From an uncultured bacterium (lineage in GTDB: Bacteria; Bacillota_I; Bacilli_A; RF39; UBA660), in NCBI GenBank assembly GCA_945935525.1, contig CAMERI010000004.1, positions 9,645 to 73,644 of the forward strand: a stretch of DNA of 64,000 nt, in the 5' to 3' direction. The position numbers and the translations under genes were made by a program. Positions 28,867-40,423 of the stretch are shown here, piece after piece. The notes under the pieces are model-generated. The model saw only the letters and a program-made list of their open reading frames with translations. It searched no databases and was not told where the DNA came from. Position 1 is the first letter of the stretch. Each line of letters begins with the position of its first letter.

Positions 28867-30330
28867 TTATTTAAATTCTATTAAAGTTATTAGTGAATTT
28901 CTTAAATTTTCAAAAGTATCATATAATCCTATATACTTATATAAATCTCTTAAAAAATCTTCACCTTTTAAAATTTTTCCATCTTTCATATATACAAGAG
29001 AATTTAATGGAATAGTATCCAATACTTTATTTATTCTAAAATATTCTTTAACTGTTATTTTAGATTTATCTTTTAAATCTACAACTTTATTACCATACTC
29101 AATATTAAGTGGAAATATATATACATTCTTTGGTTTATCAAATTCTTCAAGGGACTTTATTTCAATTTCAAAATTATATTTTTTAAATAAAACATATTTT
29201 AATAGAGAATAAACATCATTTAATGAAAAATTCATCTTTTTATATGCAAAGAACAAACTTGATATTAACATCATCAAAGTATAAATATAATCTTTCTGCA
29301 TACTTGAAAAATCTAGCAACTTATCGACGTCTTTGTAATTTTCTGATAACAATTTACTAAAAATGTTATAAAAATAACCATAATACGTTGAACTTTCTTC
29401 TCTTTTAATAAAATTATCATAGAATTTCGAATAAACTAAGTTTAAATATTCTTCACTACCATATGAAATTATTCTCTCATCTAACTTATTAACAAAATAT
29501 ATCATTTTATTTTCATCAAGCTTTAAATTGTACTCATTTGGATTCATACTACCAATATCCATATCAGAATTATATTTAAACATAGAAAAAATATCTTCAT
29601 CATTATTTATGACTCTAATACTACTATAAATTGACAATAACATCCTCTTTTTATTTAATCTTTTCTCTATCTTATACTTATTATCTATGTAAACTTCTAA
29701 ACCATCTAAAGATAAATCTTCAACAGATTTTAATGTTGAAAAATACTCATATAAACAAACATAATAGAAATTCTTAAAATTATAAGGTTTATATTCGTAT
29801 GAAAAACCTAATAGATTACTTTCAGGTAAAAATGGAACTACTCTTGATTTAATTTCATCTACTATTTCCTTATTATTTTTAAAATGATTAACTATCTTAA
29901 TAGCTTCTGATTCATTATCAACACGAATTTCAAGTAAAGCGTTTTGAGACACTTTTTGTAGCTTAATATAAGAATTTATTTTGTTTTCTATTAGAAATTT
30001 TGTTAAATTTATTGTAATTTTTTTATAGTTCTCTATGAATAACGGAACATCAATTATAACTTTAGGTGTTGGATCATTATACACTTTATATATTATATTT
30101 ATCTTGTAAAAATTGTTAAATTCTTTATATGAAAATTTTGCCTTACTTTCAGGGAGTAAAACCAATATTTCGTCGAAAATACTTTTAGAAATTGACGAAA
30201 TATCTTTTTTATAGTCTCCAATTCTAATATTATAGCTTAGTATAGTATTAACAAACTCATTAAAGTCTTTTTCTATATAAATTATATACATTTTTTTTAA
30301 ATAATTTTCTAGTAATTCTTTCTTATTCAT
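28867..30330 (-). CDS. Hypothetical 487-aa protein between rpmH and oriC
   Basis: Long ORF with GGAG RBS; no recognised motif. Confidence 0.75.
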   Translation of the reverse strand: MNKKELLENYLKKMYIIYIEKDFNEFVNTILSYNIRIGDYKKDISSISKSIFDEILVLLPESKAKFSYKEFNNFYKINIIYKVYNDPTPKVIIDVPLFIENYKKITINLTKFLIENKINSYIKLQKVSQNALLEIRVDNESEAIKIVNHFKNNKEIVDEIKSRVVPFLPESNLLGFSYEYKPYNFKNFYYVCLYEYFSTLKSVEDLSLDGLEVYIDNKYKIEKRLNKKRMLLSIYSSIRVINNDEDIFSMFKYNSDMDIGSMNPNEYNLKLDENKMIYFVNKLDERIISYGSEEYLNLVYSKFYDNFIKREESSTYYGYFYNIFSKLLSENYKDVDKLLDFSSMQKDYIYTLMMLISSLFFAYKKMNFSLNDVYSLLKYVLFKKYNFEIEIKSLEEFDKPKNVYIFPLNIEYGNKVVDLKDKSKITVKEYFRINKVLDTIPLNSLVYMKDGKILKGEDFLRDLYKYIGLYDTFENLRNSLITLIEFK

Positions 30331-30395
30331 TTTACAATATCTCCATATATATTTTAAACTATTTTTAATATTATGTAAACTTATTTTTAAAAATT

Positions 30396-30461
30396 ATTAT
30401 GTCAACTTATCCACATTGTATCAACAATATTATGTCAACTTATCAACATTGTATCAACAAT
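30396..30461 (+). repeat. 33-bp tandem repeat (2 copies, 1 mismatch) carrying DnaA boxes
   Basis: ATTATGTCAACTTATC(C/A)ACATTGTATCAACAAT at 30396-30428 and 30429-30461. Confidence 0.9.
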
Positions 30462-30570
30462 TAAAAAAATAATTAAAATGTAAATTTGTTGATATTGTGG
30501 ATAACTAAAACTAAACTAATAAATAAAAGAAAAAAGTTGTTTACAAATCGTGAATAAGTTGTTAATATAA
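30396..30570. other. oriC, upstream DnaA-box cluster
   Basis: TTATCCACA 30407-30415, TGTGGATAA 30496-30504, variants TTATCAACA/GTATCAACA; gene-strand switch here. Confidence 0.9.
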
Positions 30571-30655
30571 ATGTTAAATAAATTTTGTATTTGACTTTAA
30601 AAAAAGATGAACTATAATTTTAGTTAGAAAGCAACGTTAGAAAGGAGAGTAAGTT

Positions 30656-32065
30656 ATGGATATTGAAGATATTTGGAAAAAATTCTTAGAAAAAATAAAG
30701 ACAAAAGTATCATTGATGTCCTATAACTATATATTTAAAGACCTGAAACTCTATTCTTACGAGGACAGCAAAATAATAATTATAGTGCCGACAAATGAAC
30801 TTTTATTACAAAATATAACTAAAAATTACAGTTCAATCATCGAAGATATATTAAATGATATAACAAGTGATACCTGTGAAATTCAATATATATTCGAAAA
30901 AGATGTAAAAAAACTTGATAAAATGTCAGAAAAAACTAAAAAACAAAGTAAAAAAGACATTGAAGAAGAAATTGAAGAATCAACAGCTAATAATTTAACA
31001 AATTATAAATATATAAGTAATTTTAATCCAAAATATACTTTTGATACATTTGTTGTAGGAGATTCAAACAAATTAGCATATGGAACAGCTCTTGCAGTAG
31101 CACAAAATCCAGGTAAATTATATAATCCTTATTTTATATATGCAAAAAGTGGTTTAGGAAAAACACATTTAATGCATGCCATTGGAAACTATATAGTAAA
31201 TCACTCAGATAAAAGAGTACTTTATATAACAGCCGAACAATTTACAAACGATTATAGAGCAATAATTAATGCTAAAAGTAAATATGATAACAATGTTAGT
31301 TATTTAGAAGCATTTAGAGAAAAATATAGAAACGTTGATGTATTAATGATTGATGATATTCAATTCCTAGAAAATGCTACTAAATCACAAATAGAATTTA
31401 CAAATACATTTAATACATTATATGATAATGAAAAACAAATAATAATAGCTTCAGATACATCAATAAATGACTATAAATATCTAGAAGATAGGCTTAAAAC
31501 AAGATTTAGATGGGGATTAACAGAATCAATTAATCCACCAGAACCAGAGCTTAAAAAGAATATAATAAAAAATAAAATAATGGTTAATGATTATGATTTG
31601 GATATAAATGAAGATGTTATTAACTATATAGCAAATAACTGTGGAAGTGATATAAGAAACTTAGAAGGTGCAGTAATTAGAATTGTTGCATATAAAGCAG
31701 CATTCAATATACCTGAAGTTACATTAGAAATAGCACAAGAAGCATTACAAGAATTTGTACCAAAAACCGTATATAGAACTAATTCGGTAGCAAAAATCAT
31801 CGATATAGTCGCTAAATACTTCAACCTAGAAGCATCGATGCTAAAAGGAAAAATGAAAAAGAAAAATGTTACAGATGCTAGAGCAATAGCTATGTATTTA
31901 AGCAGAATAATGACAGAAGAGAGCTTACAAAGAATAGGTTTAGAGTTTGGAGGTAGAGATCATTCAACAGTTATATATTCACACGAAAAAATTTCTAATG
32001 AATTAAAAACAAATACAAAACTTCAAGAAGAAATCAAGATACTAAAAGAAAAGATTTGTGAATAA
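30656..32065 (+). CDS. dnaA: Replication initiator DnaA
   Basis: YTFDTFVVG, SGLGKTHL, IDDIQF, IRNLEGA, GGRDHSTV. Confidence 0.99.
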   Translation: MDIEDIWKKFLEKIKTKVSLMSYNYIFKDLKLYSYEDSKIIIIVPTNELLLQNITKNYSSIIEDILNDITSDTCEIQYIFEKDVKKLDKMSEKTKKQSKKDIEEEIEESTANNLTNYKYISNFNPKYTFDTFVVGDSNKLAYGTALAVAQNPGKLYNPYFIYAKSGLGKTHLMHAIGNYIVNHSDKRVLYITAEQFTNDYRAIINAKSKYDNNVSYLEAFREKYRNVDVLMIDDIQFLENATKSQIEFTNTFNTLYDNEKQIIIASDTSINDYKYLEDRLKTRFRWGLTESINPPEPELKKNIIKNKIMVNDYDLDINEDVINYIANNCGSDIRNLEGAVIRIVAYKAAFNIPEVTLEIAQEALQEFVPKTVYRTNSVAKIIDIVAKYFNLEASMLKGKMKKKNVTDARAIAMYLSRIMTEESLQRIGLEFGGRDHSTVIYSHEKISNELKTNTKLQEEIKILKEKICE

Positions 32066-32195
32066 AGACACAAGTTATAAACATCTTAACAATTAAAAGT
32101 TTACATAATATGTAGATAAAACCTAGTGATAAATGAGTTATCAACATTATTAACACTCTATAATAGTAATAAGTAATATATATAATAAGAAAAAG
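32057..32195. other. oriC, dnaA-dnaN intergenic part (DnaA boxes plus likely unwinding element)
   Basis: TGTGAATAA, TTATAAACA, TGTAGATAA, TTATCAACA followed by TAA/TAG trio-like AT-rich run. Confidence 0.8.
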
Positions 32196-32210
32196 GAGGA
32201 AAAAATTATT

Positions 32211-33329
32211 ATGAAAATGTTAATAGAAAAAAATATATTAATGGAAGGACTAAATTGTGTAAGTAAAGCACTATCAACAAGAAATATAATTCCTGTACTT
32301 AATGGTATTAAGTTTGAACTAACGAAAGATGGATTATATTTGACAGCAACTGACAATGATATTACAATTCAAACATTTATTGATAAAAGAGATATAAAAA
32401 GTATAGACGAAGTTGGTTGTACTATTATATATGGAAAAACATTATTAAGTACTGTTAGTAAACTACAAAATACTAACATATTAGTAGAAAATTTTGAAAA
32501 CAATGAAGTTTCATTTAAAACAGAAAGCGGAGGCATTTATGATTTTCCTTGCTTCAATCAAGAAGACTTCCCAAATATTAAATTAGAAGAAGTTAAAAAT
32601 CCTATTAAATTAGATAGTCAAAAATTTAAAGAAATAATCAATAAAACATCATTTGCTTGTTCACTACAAGAAAGCAGACCATTATTAACAGGTGTTAACA
32701 TTAAATTAATAGGAGATATATTTGAATGTGTAGCAACAGATTCATATAGACTTTCAAAAGTAACTATTAAATTAGATGAAATGTATTCAGAAAATGTTAA
32801 TATGGTAATACCAGCAAGAAATATAAACGAATTAGTTAAAACAATTGACAAAGAATCTGAATTAGAAATTCACGTATTTCCAAATAAAGCATTATTCAAA
32901 TTTGATAATATAATATTTCAAACATCATTATTAAATGGAACATATCCAAATACTGACAATTCGATTCCTAAAGAATTTAAACATAAGATTAAAGCAAATT
33001 TAAAAGAACTATATAGCTTACTTGATACTGCATCTTCACTTACTCAATCAAAAGATAAAAACATCGTAGATATGGAAGTAACAGGTTCTGAACTTATTAT
33101 TAGAGCTGCAAGTACTGAAGGAAAAGGAAAAGATAAAATAGCAATTACAAATGAAACAAAAAATGATATTAAAATTTCATTTAGTGTTAAATACATGATG
33201 GAAGCATTAAAAGTATTTAATAAAGAAGATATATATATATTATTAAATGGTGAAATAAGTCCAATAATTCTAAAAGAAGCTGAAAATGATGAACTAATTG
33301 AATTAATTTTACCTATGAAAACATATTAA
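32211..33329 (+). CDS. dnaN: DNA polymerase III beta clamp
   Basis: SRPLLTGV, ATDSYRL, GTYP, LILPM. Confidence 0.97.
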   Translation: MKMLIEKNILMEGLNCVSKALSTRNIIPVLNGIKFELTKDGLYLTATDNDITIQTFIDKRDIKSIDEVGCTIIYGKTLLSTVSKLQNTNILVENFENNEVSFKTESGGIYDFPCFNQEDFPNIKLEEVKNPIKLDSQKFKEIINKTSFACSLQESRPLLTGVNIKLIGDIFECVATDSYRLSKVTIKLDEMYSENVNMVIPARNINELVKTIDKESELEIHVFPNKALFKFDNIIFQTSLLNGTYPNTDNSIPKEFKHKIKANLKELYSLLDTASSLTQSKDKNIVDMEVTGSELIIRAASTEGKGKDKIAITNETKNDIKISFSVKYMMEALKVFNKEDIYILLNGEISPIILKEAENDELIELILPMKTY

Positions 33330-33354
33330 AAAACGAAATTATTCGTTTTTTTTT
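33330..33354 (+). terminator. Terminator after dnaN
   Basis: AAAACGAA-loop-TTCGTTTT followed by a T-run. Confidence 0.65.
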
Positions 33355-33380
33355 GCAATTTTTTAAAATTTTTTTCATTT

Positions 33381-33410
33381 TTCGACAAAATTCGACAAAA
33401 TTCGACAAAC
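33381..33410. promoter_or_regulatory. Three tandem Spo0A boxes (10-bp period)
   Basis: TTCGACAAAA TTCGACAAAA TTCGACAAAC; TTCGACA is the reverse complement of TGTCGAA (0A box TGNCGAA). Confidence 0.75.
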
Positions 33411-33457
33411 GTGTTGTGCTAGTATAGTGGCCATTATTTATGAAAGGGGGAAAAACT

Positions 33458-33913
33458 ATGAATTATGAGATAAATTATGATACTCAGTTAATATTACCTT
33501 TGGGTGAATTTAAATCAAAAGTTATAGAACACGACGATGAGTATATAGTAAACAGTAGTGTACAAGAAATATTAGAACATAGTTGTGAATACTTTGGAAG
33601 CTCATTTGAAGGCAGAAAAGATGGAACACGCAAGATGCTTGGAATAACTCATAAATCACCCATAATAGTAGAAGAAAGTAGAAAAATGATATTTTTTCCA
33701 ACAACATCTCCTGAAAGAGAAGACTGTATCTGGATAAATTTAGAAAAAATAGAAAAGTACTATAAAGTAGAAAATGGTAAGTCTGCAATACTATTTAAGA
33801 ATGGTGATATTCTAGAATTTGACTTATCATATGGTTCATTATCTAATCAAATTCTTAGAGCAACTAGATTAAAGTTTGTTTTAGATGAAAGAACATCAAA
33901 AAAAGGTAATTAA
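33458..33913 (+). CDS. comK: Competence transcription factor ComK family
   Basis: YEIN..T, SCEYFGSSFEGR, HKSPII, FFPTTSP..DCIWI; likely start MNYEIN. Confidence 0.88.
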   Translation: MNYEINYDTQLILPLGEFKSKVIEHDDEYIVNSSVQEILEHSCEYFGSSFEGRKDGTRKMLGITHKSPIIVEESRKMIFFPTTSPEREDCIWINLEKIEKYYKVENGKSAILFKNGDILEFDLSYGSLSNQILRATRLKFVLDERTSKKGN

Positions 33914-34022
33914 AATCAAAATTATCTTTTTTTATGTACTAAATTATGGTATAATTTAATTGTTGTGTAGGTGTACCTAAATAATAGAAAAATCAAAAAA
34001 AAGGGGTAAATGAGGTTTAAAA

Positions 34023-35108
34023 ATGAATATTACAAGAATAGAACTACTAAATTTTAGAAATTACAAGAAAAAAAACTTTGATAATTTTTCAAATTTAAAC
34101 ATCATTATTGGTAAGAATGGAATTGGCAAGACAACAATTATTGAATCTATCTATTTAGGTAGTTTAGCAAAATCTTTTAAAACAAGTAATGAAATGTCGA
34201 TTATTAAAGATGGAGAAGATTTTTTTAAAATAAAAGTTTTCTATTTTGATTACGGTCCTAAAAAGAATCTTGAACTATATCTTGATAAGAATGGAAAAAA
34301 GACAAAAATAAACACCAAGATTCAAAGAAAACTTAGTGATTTTATCTCTCAATATAGGATAATAATGCTTTCCCCAGATGAGTTAAAATTAATTAAATCA
34401 TCACCAAACACTAGAAGAAATTATCTAAATATACAAATATCTCAACTACACAAAGAATATATTTATTATTTAAACAATTATAATACATTAATTAAAAACA
34501 AAAATGACTTTTTAAAGAAATTAATGTTAAATAATAATTTAGATTCCAGATATTTAGATATATTAGATGAAAAAATAGTTGATGAAGGCTTAAAAATTTA
34601 TAATTATAGAAAAAACTATATTGATTTAATCAATTCATACATTAATGACATATTTAAAAACTACATAAAGGGTCAAAAAATAGAGATTGAGTATGAATCA
34701 GACTATAAAGCAAATGATAAAGAAAAATTACTAAGAGAACTAAAGAAAAATAGAAAAAAGGAAATAAATATAGGCATGACTTCATTTGGAGTACACAGAG
34801 ATGACTACAAATTCTGTCAAAACGGAAAAGACGCTAAAGAATATAGTTCACAAGGTATCCAAAAGTTAATAATACTAGCAATGAAACTAGCAGAAGTAAA
34901 AATATTCATAGAAAAATATGATATAAAACCTATATTACTACTCGATGATTTATTTAGTGAACTAGATGAAAAGAACAAAAATAATATTTTTAAATCACTA
35001 GACAAAAACATACAAGTATTCATCACAACAACAGATTTAAAAAATATTAATAAAAGAATAGTAGAAAAAGCAAAAATATTTGATTTAGATGAGGGAGTGA
35101 GTAAATGA
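34023..35108 (+). CDS. recF: DNA replication/repair protein RecF
   Basis: [33 protein letters not shown]. Confidence 0.96.
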   Translation: MNITRIELLNFRNYKKKNFDNFSNLNIIIGKNGIGKTTIIESIYLGSLAKSFKTSNEMSIIKDGEDFFKIKVFYFDYGPKKNLELYLDKNGKKTKINTKIQRKLSDFISQYRIIMLSPDELKLIKSSPNTRRNYLNIQISQLHKEYIYYLNNYNTLIKNKNDFLKKLMLNNNLDSRYLDILDEKIVDEGLKIYNYRKNYIDLINSYINDIFKNYIKGQKIEIEYESDYKANDKEKLLRELKKNRKKEINIGMTSFGVHRDDYKFCQNGKDAKEYSSQGIQKLIILAMKLAEVKIFIEKYDIKPILLLDDLFSELDEKNKNNIFKSLDKNIQVFITTTDLKNINKRIVEKAKIFDLDEGVSK

Positions 35109-37015
35109 AAGAAGAATATGGCGTAAATGATATTCAAGTATTAGAAGGCTTAGAAGCAGTAAGAAAAAGACCTGGTATGTACATTGGAACAACAGGTGTT
35201 AGAGGACTACATCACTTAGTTTGGGAAATTGTTGATAACTCAGTAGATGAATCTCTAGCTGGATATTGTGACGATATTGAAATAATAGTAAATGAAGACA
35301 ATAGTGTTACAGTTAAAGATGATGGTAGAGGAATGCCTACAGGTATACATCCAAAAACAGGAATTTCCACAGTAGAAACAATATTTACCGTATTACATGC
35401 AGGTGGAAAATTTGGAGGAAAAGGATATAAAGTATCAGGTGGTCTACATGGTGTAGGTGCATCAGTAGTTAATGCGTTATCAAGTTGGTTAGAAGTTAAG
35501 GTTTATAGAGATGGAAAAATCTATCATCAAAGATTTGAAAATGGTGGTCATCCGGTTAAAAGCCTAGAAGTAATAGGAGATTGTGATGAAAATAGAACAG
35601 GAACAACAGTTACCTTTAAACCAGATCCAACAATATTTGAAGAAACAACAGTATTTGATTATGAAACATTAAAAACAAGATCAAGAGAATTAGCGTTCTT
35701 AAATAAAGGACTTAGGATCATTCTTAGTGATTTAAGAAGTGGCCAAAAAGATGAATTTCTATATAATGGTGGACTTGTAGAATACGTAAAATTATTAAAC
35801 ACAAATAAAAAAGTAATCCACGAAGATATAGTAGATGTATCAGGTACAGAAGATGATATTAGCATCGAAGTAGCAATGCAATATAATGATGGATATAACA
35901 GCAATGTTTACTCATTCACTAACAATATTAATACGGTTGAAGGTGGAACACATGAAGATGGTGTTAGACTTGCATTATCAAGAGTTATTAACAATTATGC
36001 AAGAAATAATGGATTTTTAAAAGAAAAAGATGATTCACTAACACAAGATGATGTTAAAGAAGGAATCACAATGGTAATATCTTGTAAACATCCAAATCCA
36101 CAATTTGAAGGACAAACAAAGACAAAATTAGGAAACGTTGAAGTTAGAAAAATAGCAAGTAACATTTTTGGAGCAGGATTTGAAAAATTCTTACTAGAAA
36201 ATCCAGATCAAGCAAAAGCAATAATGGAAAAAGTACTACTTGCATCTAGAGCTAGAGTAGCAGCTAAAAAAGCAAGAGAATTAACAAGAAGAAAAGGAGA
36301 CCTAGAAATAACTAATTTCTACGGAAAATTAACAGATTGTAAGAGCAAAGATCCAAGTGAATCAGAAATATTCTTAGTCGAGGGAGATTCAGCCGGTGGT
36401 TCTGCTAAAAAAGGTAGAGATTACATGACACAGGCAATTCTTCCATTAAGAGGAAAAATATTAAATGTCGAAAAAGCAAGACTTGATAGAGCGTTAAGTA
36501 ACGAAGAAATAAGAACAATAGTTACAGCCTTTGGTACAGGAATTGGTGAAGAATTTGATTTATCAAAGCTAAGATATGACAAAATCATAATAATGACCGA
36601 TGCCGATGTAGACGGTTCACACATAAGAATTCTTCTACTAACATTATTTTATAGATTCTTTAAACCAGTTGTAGAAAATGGCCATGTTTACGCAGCTCAA
36701 CCACCTTTATTCAAAATTGTATATGGTAAAAATATTAAATATGTTTTAGATGAAAATGAAAGAGATGAATACCTAAAAACATTACCAGAAAATGCAAAAT
36801 ATACTATTACACGTATGAAAGGTTTAGGTGAAATGGACGCAGATGAATTAAGAGACACAACAATGTCAAAAGAATTCAGAATTCTAAGAAAAATCACTGT
36901 TGATGATGCCATGGGAGCAGACGAAATATTTACAACTCTTATGGGTGAAGATGTAGAACCAAGAAGAAAGTTCATAGAAGAAAATGCTATATATGTTAGC
37001 AACTTAGATATATAG
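35105..37015 (+). CDS. gyrB: DNA gyrase subunit B
   Basis: [35 protein letters not shown]. Confidence 0.98.
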   Translation: MKEEYGVNDIQVLEGLEAVRKRPGMYIGTTGVRGLHHLVWEIVDNSVDESLAGYCDDIEIIVNEDNSVTVKDDGRGMPTGIHPKTGISTVETIFTVLHAGGKFGGKGYKVSGGLHGVGASVVNALSSWLEVKVYRDGKIYHQRFENGGHPVKSLEVIGDCDENRTGTTVTFKPDPTIFEETTVFDYETLKTRSRELAFLNKGLRIILSDLRSGQKDEFLYNGGLVEYVKLLNTNKKVIHEDIVDVSGTEDDISIEVAMQYNDGYNSNVYSFTNNINTVEGGTHEDGVRLALSRVINNYARNNGFLKEKDDSLTQDDVKEGITMVISCKHPNPQFEGQTKTKLGNVEVRKIASNIFGAGFEKFLLENPDQAKAIMEKVLLASRARVAAKKARELTRRKGDLEITNFYGKLTDCKSKDPSESEIFLVEGDSAGGSAKKGRDYMTQAILPLRGKILNVEKARLDRALSNEEIRTIVTAFGTGIGEEFDLSKLRYDKIIIMTDADVDGSHIRILLLTLFYRFFKPVVENGHVYAAQPPLFKIVYGKNIKYVLDENERDEYLKTLPENAKYTITRMKGLGEMDADELRDTTMSKEFRILRKITVDDAMGADEIFTTLMGEDVEPRRKFIEENAIYVSNLDI

Positions 37016-37024
37016 GAGGTTAAA

Positions 37025-39466
37025 ATGGATAAGATAGAACAAAATAATATAATAAAAGAAGTAAAAGATTCATTTTTAGATTACTCAATGAGCGTTATCG
37101 TTTCAAGAGCAATTCCAGATTTAAGAGATGGTTTAAAGCCAGTTCATAGAAGAATTCTTTACTCAATGTATGAATCAGGTTACACTCCAGACAAACAACA
37201 CAGAAAATGTGCTAGAATTGTCGGAGATGTAATGGGAAAATACCACCCACATGGAGATTCATCAATCTATGAAGCTATGGTTAGAATGGCTCAAGACTTT
37301 AGTTATAGATATATGCTAGTTGATGGACATGGAAACTTCGGTAACATGGATGGTGATGGTGCAGCTGCAATGCGTTACACAGAAGCGAGACTTGCAAAAG
37401 TAAGTTTAGAATTATTAAGAGATATTAATAAAGATACTGTTGATTTCACACCAAACTTTGATGAAACAGAAAAAGAACCAGTAGTTCTACCAAGTAGATT
37501 TCCAAATATATTAGTAAATGGAACAATGGGAATTGCAGTAGGCATGGCAACAAATATTCCACCACATAACTTAGGAGAAGTAATAGATGGATGTGTAGCT
37601 TACATAGATAATCCTGAAATAGATACCATGGAAATGATGAACTATATTAAAGGTCCAGATTTCCCTACTGGTGGTATAATCTTAGGAAGTAGCGGTATAA
37701 AAAAAGCTTATGAAACAGGTCGTGGAACAATAACTATAAGATGTAAAGCGGAAATAGAAGAAACAAACAATAGAAATAGAATAGTAATAACTGAAATACC
37801 TTACAATGTTAATACATTGGATTTAAAAAATAGAATAGCAGAGTTAGTTAGAGATAAAGTATTAGAAGGCATTGCTGATTATCATGAAGAAACAAATATT
37901 GAAAATGGTATTAAAATCGTAGTTACACTAAAAAAAGAAGCAAATGCAAACGTAGTATTAAATAATTTATATAAACATACACAATTACAATCAACATTTG
38001 GAATTATATTCTTAATGTTAGATCAAGGACAACCAAGAACACTTGGAATTAAAGACATTATTTCAAAATATGTTGATTATCAAAAAGAAATTATAATAAG
38101 AAGAACAAAATTTGATTTAGCAAAAGCAGAAGCTAGAGCTCATATTTTAGAAGGATATAAAATAGCTTTAGATCACATTGATGACATTATTAAGATAATA
38201 AAAGAAAGTCAAAGTGACTCAATAGCAAAAGCAAGATTAATTGAAAAATATAGATTTAGTGAAATTCAAGCAGATGCAATTCTAGAATTAAAATTAAGAA
38301 GACTAACTGGATTAGAGAGAGAAAAGATTGAAGAAGAATTAGCAAATATATTAAAGTTAATTGAAGAATATAAATCAATCTTAGCAAGTGAAGAAAAAGT
38401 ATTATCAATTATTAAACAGGAAATGTTAGAAATTAAAGCTAAATATGGTGACGAAAGAAGAACAAAGATTGATAACAGTGCTATAGAGTATATTGAAGAT
38501 GAATCATTAATACCTCAAGAAGAGATAATTGTAACAATTACTAATAAAAATTATATTAAGAGAACACCAAAAGATACATATAAAGTGCAAAATAGGGGTG
38601 GTGTTGGAGTAAAAGGAATGACAACAACAGAGGAAGACTATGTTGAACAATTATTATCAATGAATACTCATGATTATATATTATTCTTCTCAAATAAAGG
38701 AAAAGTATATAGATTAAAAGGATATAAAATTCCTGAATATTCAAGAACAGCTAAAGGACTTCCAATAGTTAACTTATTATCACTAGAAAAGGACGAAAAA
38801 ATAAATACAATAATTAGAATAAATGAAAATGAAACGTACAAATGTTTGCTTTTTGGTACAAAAGAAGGATTAGTTAAACGTACATTAATATCTGAATTTG
38901 ATAATATAAGACAAAGTGGAAAAATAGCTATAACACTAAAAGAAGACGATGAACTGATATCAGTGAAGAAAACAACTGGAAATGATCAAGTATTAATGTG
39001 TTCATCAAATGGAAGAATGGCTAGATTTAGTGAAGAAGAAATAAGAATAATGGGAAGAACAGCATCTGGAGTAAGAGGAATTAATTTAGAAGATGATAAA
39101 TGTGTAGGAATGGAAATTTCTGAACCTGGAAAATTACTATTAGCTGTAACAGAAAATGGATATGGAAAGAAAACAGCAATTGAAGAATATAGAGAAACAA
39201 AAAGAGGAAGTAAAGGAGTAAAAACTATTAACATTACTGAAAAAAACGGAAAAGTAATAGGATTTAAATCAACAGATAATAATAAAGACCTAATGATAAT
39301 TACTTCTGATGGAATAATAATAAGAATGGATATTAATAGTATCTCACAAATGGGAAGAGTAACAAAAGGTGTAAGATTAATAAATTTAAAAGACAAAAAT
39401 AAAGTAGCTTCAATTTCAATAATAGAGAAAGAAGAAAATTCTGATTCTTATATAGAAGAAGAGTAA
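37025..39466 (+). CDS. gyrA: DNA gyrase subunit A
   Basis: YHPHGDS, AAMRYTE, GyrA box QNRGGVG. Confidence 0.98.
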   Translation: MDKIEQNNIIKEVKDSFLDYSMSVIVSRAIPDLRDGLKPVHRRILYSMYESGYTPDKQHRKCARIVGDVMGKYHPHGDSSIYEAMVRMAQDFSYRYMLVDGHGNFGNMDGDGAAAMRYTEARLAKVSLELLRDINKDTVDFTPNFDETEKEPVVLPSRFPNILVNGTMGIAVGMATNIPPHNLGEVIDGCVAYIDNPEIDTMEMMNYIKGPDFPTGGIILGSSGIKKAYETGRGTITIRCKAEIEETNNRNRIVITEIPYNVNTLDLKNRIAELVRDKVLEGIADYHEETNIENGIKIVVTLKKEANANVVLNNLYKHTQLQSTFGIIFLMLDQGQPRTLGIKDIISKYVDYQKEIIIRRTKFDLAKAEARAHILEGYKIALDHIDDIIKIIKESQSDSIAKARLIEKYRFSEIQADAILELKLRRLTGLEREKIEEELANILKLIEEYKSILASEEKVLSIIKQEMLEIKAKYGDERRTKIDNSAIEYIEDESLIPQEEIIVTITNKNYIKRTPKDTYKVQNRGGVGVKGMTTTEEDYVEQLLSMNTHDYILFFSNKGKVYRLKGYKIPEYSRTAKGLPIVNLLSLEKDEKINTIIRINENETYKCLLFGTKEGLVKRTLISEFDNIRQSGKIAITLKEDDELISVKKTTGNDQVLMCSSNGRMARFSEEEIRIMGRTASGVRGINLEDDKCVGMEISEPGKLLLAVTENGYGKKTAIEEYRETKRGSKGVKTINITEKNGKVIGFKSTDNNKDLMIITSDGIIIRMDINSISQMGRVTKGVRLINLKDKNKVASISIIEKEENSDSYIEEE

Positions 39467-39485
39467 TTTATTACTCTTCTTTTTT
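39457..39485 (+). terminator. Terminator after gyrA
   Basis: AAGAAGAGTAA / TTACTCTTCTT inverted repeat plus T-run. Confidence 0.75.
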
Positions 39486-39511
39486 AATATTTCACGAGGA
39501 ACATAAAAAAA

Positions 39512-39527
39512 TATTTCCCGGGAAATA
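39512..39527. promoter_or_regulatory. Noc-binding site (NBS)
   Basis: Perfect palindrome TATTTCCCGGGAAATA matching the B. subtilis NBS consensus. Confidence 0.8.
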
Positions 39528-39547
39528 AAAAGCAAAGTTATAAACAA

Positions 39548-40306
39548 TGTTCCACGTGGAACATAAAAGAAAAAATAGCTAAAAATAACACAAATATAAC
39601 ATTGAAAAAATATACACATTTTTAGAATTTATAATAATACAATAAGTTGAAGAGAATGCAAAAAATATTAACAACTGATCTTGAAATAAAATAATTAATA
39701 ATGTTCTGTAATCAAATATATTAAAAAAATAATATACAAATATAAAATTATTAACAATGTTCCACGTGGAACATTGTATTATTAATACTAATAAACAAAA
39801 AAATAAGTAAAAAAATGGGTTAAAACATAATACATATATTAAAAAAAATAAAATTTGAATTTTAATTTTTTTGCTTTTAATGATTATTAACAAAAAAATA
39901 AAACAAACTATCAAGAAAAACTCAAATGTTTAAAATTATAAACATTATGTTCCACGTGGAACATAATGAAATAATTAATGATATTTAAAGTAAAATATAG
40001 TTTTAAATATTAATTTAATAAGAATAATACAAAAAGTTTATTTACAAGAAATAATAATAAACTATATGTTGAAATATAGATTAATTTATTGAATACAATA
40101 TTAAATGAAATTTTTAATTTGCAATAAAATATAATACATAAAAATATATTATAAGTACATTTAATAAATATGCATTTCTTAGAAACAGCACATTTATAAA
40201 AAAAGTAAAATTATTAACAAACAAGCCATAAAGTTATTAACATCTAAACTATAATTGTTAATATGAAAGAAATATAAATTATTAACATTATGTTCCACGT
40301 GGAACA
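39548..40306. repeat. parS cluster: four identical palindromes
   Basis: TGTTCCACGTGGAACA at 39548-39563, 39758-39773, 39948-39963 and 40291-40306. Confidence 0.92.
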
Positions 40307-40352
40307 TAATAAAGTACTTGATTTTATTTTAAAAATAATATATAATCTACTT

Positions 40353-40423
40353 GTGCAACAGAAAAAATGCAAATCAGGTCAGAATCGGAAGATAGCAGCC
40401 TTAAGTGATTATTCTGTGTGCAC
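40353..40423 (+). ncRNA. ffs: SRP RNA, minimal form (about 71 nt)
   Basis: TCAGGTC..GGAAG..AGCAGC core, closing stem GTGCA/TGCAC, T7 tail, promoter TTGATT(40318)-17-TATAAT(40341); next to tadA-dnaX. Confidence 0.88.

Noticed and set aside
39416-39914. Minus-strand ORFs 39416-39619 and 39579-39914
   Set aside because: F/I-rich translations of AT-rich DNA over parS sites; the repeated VPR motifs are just the palindromes
39548-40306. Repeated palindromes as a CRISPR array
   Set aside because: 16-bp units with irregular 174-327 bp gaps, parS consensus match, no cas genes
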